In this document: positions 57,052-64,000 of the stretch, piece after piece
Position numbering within the stretch: the stretch's first letter is position 1
Layout: every line of letters starts with the position of its first letter
DNA from: Candidatus Omnitrophota bacterium
GTDB taxonomy: Bacteria > Omnitrophota > Gorgyraeia > Zapsychrales > Fredricksoniimonadaceae
Assembly (NCBI GenBank): GCA_044225175.1
Contig: JBGAJA010000001.1
Span: 6,994 to 70,993 of the forward strand
Direction of reading: 5' to 3'
DNA length: 64,000 nucleotides
Notes under the pieces: generated by a model
Told to the model about the DNA's origin: nothing
Databases searched by the model: none
The model's input: only the letters and a program-made list of their open reading frames with translations
Position numbers and translations under genes: made by a program

Positions 57052-57696
57052 TTATCCCATCCGTTCGTTCAAGAATTCTTCCAGGGAAGAGCATTGCAGG
57101 TAATAATTGGTTTGTTTTTGATGGCCTATGGTATCGGTCGGGGTAGGGCCATAGTTATGGCCTGGCCAGATTGTAGTCTCATTGGGAAGCTTCATTAAGA
57201 TATTATAAAGGCTGTTGTACATGACTTTGGCGTCCCCACCAGGCAAATCGCAGCGTCCGCATCCGTCGATAAAAAGGGCATCCCCGCTTAGTAATTGCCC
57301 TTGAGATAGAAAGCACTGACACCCTGGGGTGTGCCCAGGGGTATGAATGGTATTAAAGGTAATTGATCCAAGGGTAAGGGTCTCTTTGTCAGAGACTGGA
57401 TTTAAGTTTCTTAGATTTCGAGTCAAAAATGGCGCTTCGTGTTTAGATATATACACAGGAACATCGTGATGCCGCAGAAGTTCTTCTAAACCGTTCACAT
57501 GGTCAGGGTGGGCATGGGTTAGAAAGACTTTGGTGATTTTATAGCCCATATTTTTGGACTGCTGTATTAAGAATGGCACATCCCAGGCGGGATCAACAAT
57601 GGCCATTTCTTTGGTTTGTGGATCTCCAAGAAGATAGAGAAAATTATTTAGAGGTCCGATTTCGTATTGTTTAATGACCAGTGAGTTGCTTGACAT
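57052..57696 (-). CDS. MBL-fold metallo-hydrolase (glyoxalase II / hydroxyacylglutathione hydrolase-like)
   Basis: The motif HxHxDH (THAHPDHVNG) is present, with downstream His/Asp ligands (HTPGHTPG, DALFIDGCGRCD), in a protein of 214 aa. Confidence 0.7.
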   Translation of the reverse strand: MSSNSLVIKQYEIGPLNNFLYLLGDPQTKEMAIVDPAWDVPFLIQQSKNMGYKITKVFLTHAHPDHVNGLEELLRHHDVPVYISKHEAPFLTRNLRNLNPVSDKETLTLGSITFNTIHTPGHTPGCQCFLSQGQLLSGDALFIDGCGRCDLPGGDAKVMYNSLYNILMKLPNETTIWPGHNYGPTPTDTIGHQKQTNYYLQCSSLEEFLNERMG

Positions 57697-57740
57697 AGGT
57701 ATGTATCCTTTTATAATGACAACGTTTCAGCTGGAGGCTG

Positions 57741-57757
57741 ATCCGCCTTTGGCGGAT
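57741..57757 (+). repeat. Copy 3 of the recurring palindrome GATCCGCC-TTT-GGCGGA, in the divergent intergenic region between the MBL hydrolase and the Trx-like gene
   Basis: gaggctgatccgcctttggcggatttc. This shares 22/23 nt with the intragenic copy at 36192..36217. Confidence 0.6.
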
Positions 57758-57793
57758 TTCATAAATAATATAGGAAATTTCGGAGGTAATCAA

Positions 57794-58345
57794 ATGGCTT
57801 TATTAGAGTCTATCAAAATTCCACTAGGAACATTAATGCCGGATTTTGAGCTTAAAGATGCTCTTGGCAAATCATATAAGGGAAGTGAGCTTTATGGGGA
57901 GAGGGGATTGCTGGTTGTGTTCACATGTAATCACTGTCCTTATGCGATTGCCGTTTGGCCCCGAGTGATTCAGTTGGCTAAATATGGCCTTGGAATGAGA
58001 GTCAACACCGTTGCCATCAACCCTAATATTAACCCTGAATTTCCAGACGATGCCCCAGATAAGATGGTTGAGAAAATCAAAGAATTAGGCATCGAATTCC
58101 CCTATTTAGTCGATGAAACCCAAAGAACTGCTGATGCCTTCAAAGCCCAATGCACCCCTGACATTTACCTATTTAATAAAGAAAAGAAATTAGTCTACCA
58201 CGGTCGTATTGATGACAACTGGAAAGACGAAAGCAAAGTCACCCGCGAAGAACTCAAAGAAGCCATGAACAACATGGCCGCCGGCCGCCCCATCGACGTC
58301 AAACAAATGCCATCTATGGGCTGTTCGATCAAATGGCTATCGTAA
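57794..58345 (+). CDS. Thioredoxin-fold protein (AhpC/TSA-like thiol-disulfide oxidoreductase)
   Basis: A CxxC motif in the context FTCNHCPY is present. The start is set at the ATG preceded by GGAGG (57780-84); the longer track ORF from 57674 lacks an RBS and overlaps the divergent promoter region. Confidence 0.55.
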   Translation: MALLESIKIPLGTLMPDFELKDALGKSYKGSELYGERGLLVVFTCNHCPYAIAVWPRVIQLAKYGLGMRVNTVAINPNINPEFPDDAPDKMVEKIKELGIEFPYLVDETQRTADAFKAQCTPDIYLFNKEKKLVYHGRIDDNWKDESKVTREELKEAMNNMAAGRPIDVKQMPSMGCSIKWLS

Positions 58346-58356
58346 GGCCCTCTAAC

Positions 58357-58385
58357 TTGACAAGGCTATACCCATAGGGCATACT
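58357..58385 (+). promoter_or_regulatory. Candidate promoter TTGACA-17-CATACT(TT) upstream of the 1403-aa paralog
   Basis: Seen directly. It parallels the element at 48115..48144. Confidence 0.4.
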
Positions 58386-58421
58386 TTGACCAAAGCGATC
58401 AAATACACTTTGGAGAATATT

Positions 58422-61400
58422 ATGTCCCCATTAACCTTAATAGTTTTAAAGTCTATGCGTCATTCTGTCCGTAAGGGCGTTTCTATCGTTATTTTAGTGG
58501 CTTTTATGGCTACTACCGTAAAGACTCCAGCTAATGCTCAATTAGCCCCTTGGATGCCAAAACCTGGGGAAATGGTCCATTTAAGCGCTGATTTCACACC
58601 CGCACACCTTAAGGGTTTGGTCATTCACCCTGAAAATCCACTTAAATTTGACTTCATCATTTATAAAGGTGATGAACGTTTATCCTCCCAAGATAAGCAG
58701 GTTATTTATAAAAATTTAATCAAATACTTCATGGCTTCTCTGGCTGTTCCTGATGACAATCAATGGGTGAACCTTTCTCCCTATGAAAAGAACCGTGTGA
58801 TTGAAGGGGATTTTGGGAAGACGGAAATGGGACGTGACCTTCTGGCCCAAGATTACCTCTTAAAACAAATCACCGCTTCTCTTATATATCCTGAAGACAG
58901 TTTAGGTAAGAAATTCTGGGACAAGGTCTATTCCCAGGCCCAGCAACAATTTGGCAGCACTGCTATCCCTGTGAATACCTTTAATAAGGTTTGGATTGTT
59001 CCGGCTGATGCTCTTGTGTATGAATCAGGCAATACAGCTTATGTCTTGAAGAATCATTTAAAGGTCATGTTGGAAGAGGATTACATGTCTCTGACCAAGC
59101 ACAGTGGGATTAAAAATGTCCCTTCTGATCATGGTAAAGGTGTTAATAAAATAGGCAGTCAAATCGTCCGCGAAATTGTCCTTCCGGCCCTTGAAAAGGA
59201 AGTCAATGAAGGAAAGAATTTTGCTAATTTGCGTCAGGTTTACAGTGGGATGATTCTGGCCGCATGGTATAAGAGGGCTTTGAAAGAATCTTTGTTAGGA
59301 AGAATTTACGCGGATAAAGCCAAAGTCAAAGGAATTGACCAGAACCCTAAGAATAATGAGAAAATTTATCAGCAGTATCTTAAAGCTTATAAAAAAGGGG
59401 TCTTCAACTATATCAAAGAAGATACAGACAAATATTCCAAGCAATCCATTCCAAGAAAATACTTCTCTGGTGGAGCAACAGGATTTGGTGATTTAAGAGC
59501 CAACCTTGCCGTAACATCCAACTCCAGTCAAGCTAACCAAGCCATGTCCGCAGATATCAACAAATCAGGCTTAGATGCTGCCCATGCTGTTTTAGCTGAA
59601 CAAAAAGAAGCTGATAGCGCCATGATCTTAAACGAAAACCAGGTCAGACGTATTGTGGAAGAAAAAGGTGTTTTAGAATTTATCAAAGTATTAGAAAATG
59701 AAGGATTAAGCCTTGTTTCTCATCCTACAGAATCGACTGCAGATAAAATTATTGTTGTAGATGGTAATCGTATTCAATTTGACGTTAATCCAAACCTGTC
59801 TAAGGGACGCTTGTTTCAAATCAAATCTTCGGGCGTAATTCAAGGGTGGCTTTCGAACAAGTTTATTTATATTAAGAATTGGGACGAAATTGTCCGAGAT
59901 GATTTTATGAAAAGGATTGTCAATGTTCCAGGCCAGTCTATTGAAAAATATTTGGAAACATTGGGTCTGAAAGTTTCTGCGGTGACAGATGTGGTTGACC
60001 GAAGAAAATTGCTTAATGATTTAGATTCTCGCAGTAAGTATATGTATTACAGAATTGATCCTTTAGGTGAAGCTGTTAAAGACTCACGAGTCATAGCATT
60101 AGAAGGAAAGATTATTGCCATCGCTATTGGCCAAAAAGAGCCAATTAAGAAAAAAACACCGCTTTTCTTAGAACCCAGATTAGATATGAAGAATAGTTGG
60201 GGGGATCTAATTGTTTCAGCTTCTTTGTCCTCAGACGGTAATAAACTTGTAATTCTCGATTACAATGGAAGAGCTTCATTGTTGAATACAAGAACTGGAG
60301 AAGAGATAGAAGCTCGGGTCTTAACTGCGGGAGATTCCCTGTTTTACGTGGCTACAATTTCTCCTGATGGTAAGTTGATTGCCACCATAGATGGTAGAAA
60401 TGCTTTAAAGCTATGGGATATGGAAACTCAGAAAGTGATTAAAGAGATGGAAGAATTGAGATTTTTTTCTAGTAGTTTTCAACTTACATTCTCACCAGAT
60501 AGTAAGACATTTATAGTTCAAGGGAGTAGAGGAGAAGGGCTTTTATTTGATATAGCTCATAGTAAGCCCATGGTTGAACTTAGATTTTCTGATCGTTATA
60601 CAAATACAGTTTTCTCACCGGACGGCCAAAAGTTTGCACTTGTAGAAAAATACAATGTGATTTTCTTCGATACGAGGACAGGAAAAGAACTTCATCGATT
60701 AGGGATGAAGGATCATATCCATGTTGTTACCTTCTCGCCAGATGGTAAGAAGCTCGTGGTAGGTTTCTATGATGGTGGGGTTAAGCAATTTGATATTGAT
60801 AGTAACACTGAAGAGTGGTTTCTTAATGAACAGAGAGTTCAGAAAATTGGTTTTACAAAAGATGGTACGAATATTGTGACGGTCAATATTGAAGGAGAAG
60901 TCCGTATATGGAATGCGAATAATAGAGAAAAGATCAATGAATTCCAAACTGAATCACGTTCTGATGGGCCTTATCTAGGTAGTTTTCTGGCAGAAGATAA
61001 TCAAAGTATTGTGAGAGCAGATAAGTCAAAGATAAGAATATATGATATCCCAATCGCTACGCTCAAATCCAATGAAGAACAAGATTTGTCTGTTGAGGCA
61101 GATGAGGAAACCATGACTATTGTTGGCTCCGATGGCCAAAGCCGTGGATTTGAGAAAAGAGGAACCAAGTGGGAACAGGTCTCTAAAGGTCCTAGTGAAG
61201 GGAATCCAAATTTAAGATTTAAAATAAATAATGATGGTCAATTCCTAACAATAGGGGATCCAGACGGCACAGGAATCACAAAGATCTATCAGCGCTCAGC
61301 TGATGGTAAAAGTTTCGAATTGAGGACCTCTTTAGCTCCAGACTCCGGCCCAATCATGCAAGTCTCCGACACTACAGGAGAGATAGAAGGGCAAAATAGT

Positions 61401-62597
61401 TATAAGATTAAATTTGTTCTAAAAAATGGAGAGTGGCAGATAGGGGAAGATGTTGAATCAAAGAAATCAGAAAATCCAGTAAAGAATGTAAAAAGTGCCA
61501 AACAAGAGCTAGCTGAGATAAAGGAAGGGATTGAGCAGCTGAACAAGGCGCTTGAACAGACTAAAACTCCAGTAACTACTTTAGTAGATTCTCAAGATAG
61601 GTTAAATGTGTTGTTGAAAGAAAGAGCAAGACTAGAGAAGATGATTGAGTTTGGAGAGCAAACCGGTAAAGAACCCTTAGCTATAAGTAGCGGGCAAGTT
61701 ATAACTAAAGATGATTCTGGAACAGTCATAATATGGGAAAAAATGCCCGATGGAAAATGGAAAGATGTCGAAAAGATTGGAGTAGTCAAATCATTCGAAG
61801 TGGTGAATGATGGAGAATTTATAACAAAAGATGATGCTGGAAAAATCACCACATGGGAAAGAAAACCAGATGGAACTTGGAAAGCAAAAGATGCAGCCAT
61901 GCTTGTTACGTTGAATGATGGTACGACGAGTGTACCATTGGGGTTGGTTCAGGTTATCTATAAGTTTCTAGAGCTCAGACCTTTGACGTCATTTCAAGGG
62001 TTAACAGCTGATAATCTTGAAGTGAGGATTCCTGGATTTTTAGAATTAGTTTCCTCCGATTATACAGGTGCAGATTCTCCTTTGGGAATTGCGGAAATGT
62101 CTGTGAAGATTATTGAGCAAAGTATAGTGGATGGGCGCTTGGTAAATCCAGTTAAACCTGGTCAAGGTGTGGTATCCTCAAATTCAGGTGTTCCATTTCT
62201 TGTGGGAGGTTTAGATCTTTCAGGCTTTAACTTTACAGTTTTAAAGGATCCGAGGTCTCTTGCTCCTTTTGTTTTTGATATTGATCGTATTCATACGATT
62301 GTAATTTCTATTAAACCAATTGATCCTGAAGATAAGCAAGCATTTTTGAACCTTAAAGATGAGCCAAAAGCAGATCCAGCCATGAAGAATACCAAGGGGG
62401 GTATTGACTTTAATGCGGCCCATTTGAATTTGCAGATCAAAAGGGACGGCAAAGGTGTGCCGCTTCCGATGTCCCAGCAGAATTTGGAAAACATCCGCCT
62501 CGATGGCCTTGTGCCAGTCATCATTAACATCACACCGATTACCAGCATGCCTGTTTTATCTCAGCTTATTAATTCTAATCAAGTGGCCAATGGATAG
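58422..62597 (+). CDS. Giant-protein family member (~1390 aa). It has a signal peptide, the conserved family N-domain, a WD40 beta-propeller, a coiled-coil segment, duplicated short repeats, and the conserved family C-terminal tail.
   Basis: The start was chosen at the ATG preceded by GGAGA (MSPLTLIVLKSMRHSVRKGVSIVILVAFMATTVKTPANA). The N-domain matches (LIKYFMASLAVPDDNQWVNLSPYEKNRV..GKTEMGRDLLAQDYLLKQITASLIYPED, NYIKEDTD, PRKYFSGG). WD40-type repeats lie at ~60200..61030 (SPDGKLIATIDGRNALKLWD, FSPDGKKLVVGFYDGGVKQFD, VRIWNAN). The tail GGIDFNAAHL...GLVPVIINITPITSMPVL lies at 62397..62594. Confidence 0.85.
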   Translation: MSPLTLIVLKSMRHSVRKGVSIVILVAFMATTVKTPANAQLAPWMPKPGEMVHLSADFTPAHLKGLVIHPENPLKFDFIIYKGDERLSSQDKQVIYKNLIKYFMASLAVPDDNQWVNLSPYEKNRVIEGDFGKTEMGRDLLAQDYLLKQITASLIYPEDSLGKKFWDKVYSQAQQQFGSTAIPVNTFNKVWIVPADALVYESGNTAYVLKNHLKVMLEEDYMSLTKHSGIKNVPSDHGKGVNKIGSQIVREIVLPALEKEVNEGKNFANLRQVYSGMILAAWYKRALKESLLGRIYADKAKVKGIDQNPKNNEKIYQQYLKAYKKGVFNYIKEDTDKYSKQSIPRKYFSGGATGFGDLRANLAVTSNSSQANQAMSADINKSGLDAAHAVLAEQKEADSAMILNENQVRRIVEEKGVLEFIKVLENEGLSLVSHPTESTADKIIVVDGNRIQFDVNPNLSKGRLFQIKSSGVIQGWLSNKFIYIKNWDEIVRDDFMKRIVNVPGQSIEKYLETLGLKVSAVTDVVDRRKLLNDLDSRSKYMYYRIDPLGEAVKDSRVIALEGKIIAIAIGQKEPIKKKTPLFLEPRLDMKNSWGDLIVSASLSSDGNKLVILDYNGRASLLNTRTGEEIEARVLTAGDSLFYVATISPDGKLIATIDGRNALKLWDMETQKVIKEMEELRFFSSSFQLTFSPDSKTFIVQGSRGEGLLFDIAHSKPMVELRFSDRYTNTVFSPDGQKFALVEKYNVIFFDTRTGKELHRLGMKDHIHVVTFSPDGKKLVVGFYDGGVKQFDIDSNTEEWFLNEQRVQKIGFTKDGTNIVTVNIEGEVRIWNANNREKINEFQTESRSDGPYLGSFLAEDNQSIVRADKSKIRIYDIPIATLKSNEEQDLSVEADEETMTIVGSDGQSRGFEKRGTKWEQVSKGPSEGNPNLRFKINNDGQFLTIGDPDGTGITKIYQRSADGKSFELRTSLAPDSGPIMQVSDTTGEIEGQNSYKIKFVLKNGEWQIGEDVESKKSENPVKNVKSAKQELAEIKEGIEQLNKALEQTKTPVTTLVDSQDRLNVLLKERARLEKMIEFGEQTGKEPLAISSGQVITKDDSGTVIIWEKMPDGKWKDVEKIGVVKSFEVVNDGEFITKDDAGKITTWERKPDGTWKAKDAAMLVTLNDGTTSVPLGLVQVIYKFLELRPLTSFQGLTADNLEVRIPGFLELVSSDYTGADSPLGIAEMSVKIIEQSIVDGRLVNPVKPGQGVVSSNSGVPFLVGGLDLSGFNFTVLKDPRSLAPFVFDIDRIHTIVISIKPIDPEDKQAFLNLKDEPKADPAMKNTKGGIDFNAAHLNLQIKRDGKGVPLPMSQQNLENIRLDGLVPVIINITPITSMPVLSQLINSNQVANG

Positions 62598-62665
62598 AAT
62601 ATAAAGGGGTTAAAAGAAATTTTAACCTCTTGCTTTTTAAGAATATTATGATACAGTGTCTCATT

Positions 62666-63112
62666 ATGAAAGAGGTTATTCAAAAAGAATTGCAGAAGTA
62701 TGAGGATTATTTGAAGAAGAGGCATCTGCGTTTGAGTCAGGGAAGGCAGGTGGTTTTTCATCAGGTGATGGATAAGCATGGGCATTTTACGGCGGAGGAG
62801 ATGGCTAAGGTCTGTAATAAGATTAAGCCTGCTGTATCTAGAGCAACTGTGTATCGCACGCTTCATGAGATTCTTGAGGCAGGAGTTATTCGTGGAACAG
62901 CTTTTGGGGACAAGCATCAGCATTTTGAACATCTTTATGATGAAAAGAAGCACCATCATGCGCAATGTGTGCGCTGCCATCAATACATTGAGTTTCCCGA
63001 CTTACATGAAGAAAGCCGTTATAAAGCTATTTTAGAAAAACAAGGATTCAAAATTATTGGCCATGAAATGCATTTTTATGGAATTTGCAGCAAATGTCAG
63101 GAGAGTATATGA
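62666..63112 (+). CDS. fur: Fur-family metalloregulator (likely a Mur/Fur controlling mntH)
   Basis: The DNA-binding helix reads [50 protein letters not shown]-terminal metal sites are present ([11 protein letters not shown]...ICSKCQ). The stop overlaps the mntH start in an ATGA junction. Confidence 0.85.
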   Translation: MKEVIQKELQKYEDYLKKRHLRLSQGRQVVFHQVMDKHGHFTAEEMAKVCNKIKPAVSRATVYRTLHEILEAGVIRGTAFGDKHQHFEHLYDEKKHHHAQCVRCHQYIEFPDLHEESRYKAILEKQGFKIIGHEMHFYGICSKCQESI

Positions 63113-64000
63113 ACAAGCCTTGGCGTCGTGATGTCACGACCGCGAGTTTATCGGAAGTTAATTCATCTATCAGTGTGCCGGTGAATGCTAGATTTTGGCG
63201 CAAAATGATGGCCTTTGTTGGGCCCGGTCTTATGGTTGCGGTAGGGTATATGGACCCAGGGAACTGGGCAACCGACTTAGCTGGTGGGGCTAAATTTGGT
63301 TACACGCTTCTTTCAGTTATTCTTATTTCTAACTTTATGGCCATTATCCTTCAGCATTTGGCCTTAAAGCTTGGAATCGTGACTGGTCGTGACCTTGCTC
63401 AAGCCTGTCGTGACCACTATTCCAAACCAGTTGCCATTTTCTTATGGGTTCTTTGCGAAATTGCAATTGCTGCTTGCGACTTAGCTGAAGTCATTGGTTC
63501 TGCAATTGCTTTAAATTTACTTTTTGGTATTCCACTGGTTGTTGGTATTTTGATTACGGCAACAGATGTCATGATCATTCTATTTCTGCAAAACAAGGGC
63601 TTTCGCGTCTTGGAATGTTTAGTTGCTGGTTTAATTGTCCTGATCGGTGGATGCTTCTTATATGAGATGGCTATTTCCCATCCTTTTCTTCCAGCTGTAT
63701 TAAACGGCCTCATTCCTCGTCCAGAAATCGTCACTAACCCTGAAATGCTTTATATTGCCATTGGTATTTTAGGGGCAACAGTCATGCCTCATAACCTATA
63801 CCTGCACTCCAGCATTGTCCAAACTCGGGCGTATGAACGTAATGATGCGGGTAAGAAGATGGCCATTCGTTTTGCTACGATCGATTCAACGGCTGCTTTG
63901 TTATGTGCATTTTTCATTAATGCAGCTATTTTAATCTTAAGTGCGGCAGCTTTTCATGGGACTGGACATCAAGACGTCGCTGACATCAATGACGCCTATC
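63110..64000 (+). CDS. mntH: NRAMP-family divalent metal (Mn2+/Fe2+) transporter, 3' partial (continues beyond the window)
   Basis: The translation [72 protein letters not shown] carries the NRAMP signature GPG...DPGN. The frame is open to the window end. Confidence 0.85.

Noticed and set aside
57674-57793. An N-terminal extension of the Trx-like ORF, and the 44066..44173 extension of the 7TM-HD ORF
   Set aside because: The extensions overlap neighbouring genes or promoter regions and lack RBSs. Internal ATGs with good SD sequences (GGAGG) or non-overlapping positions are more plausible.
1-64000. tRNA or rRNA genes, integrases, transposases, IS inverted repeats and prophage genes
   Set aside because: Intergenic regions are short (mostly under 100 nt). 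I saw no cloverleaf-capable sequences and no recombinase or transposase-like ORFs.

Overview
This 64-kb window comes from an AT-rich, diderm bacterium that uses Shine-Dalgarno sites. It carries lpxB, an msbA-like exporter, an RND/OMF efflux set, mrdA/mreD, uppP, hisS-aspS, phoH-ybeY, purE, a Fur-family regulator overlapping an NRAMP gene, and a seven-gene MoxR-DUF58-BatA/B/C/D aerotolerance-like operon. The gene content is compatible with a chlamydia-like or other PVC/host-associated organism, but I cannot assign a taxon with confidence. I found no tRNA or rRNA genes, no CRISPR array, and no transposase or integrase.

The main point of interest is a family of giant proteins that I do not recognise:
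- Three secreted paralogs start at 30870 (now split), 48163 (2031 aa) and 58422 (about 1390 aa). After a signal peptide they share a conserved N-terminal domain of about 350-400 aa, and their middle regions are completely different.
- All three, plus a fourth giant protein that enters the window from upstream and ends at 7617, finish with the same C-terminal module of about 60-70 aa, GGID[LF]...[FL][IV]P[VI]I[IL]N[IV]xP[IL]. The fourth protein has a beta-propeller, two AAA_5 ATPase domains and a VWA domain, like eukaryotic midasin.
- The copy at 30870..35584 is broken by a decaying array of 159-bp (53-aa) tandem repeats.

Other points: a MarR regulator in-frame with a TolC-like outer-membrane factor and no stop between them; a short palindrome (tccgcctttggcgga) present three times; matched 12-bp-stem terminator hairpins; and a Gfo/Idh/MocA oxidoreductase translationally coupled to lpxB, a possible GnnA.
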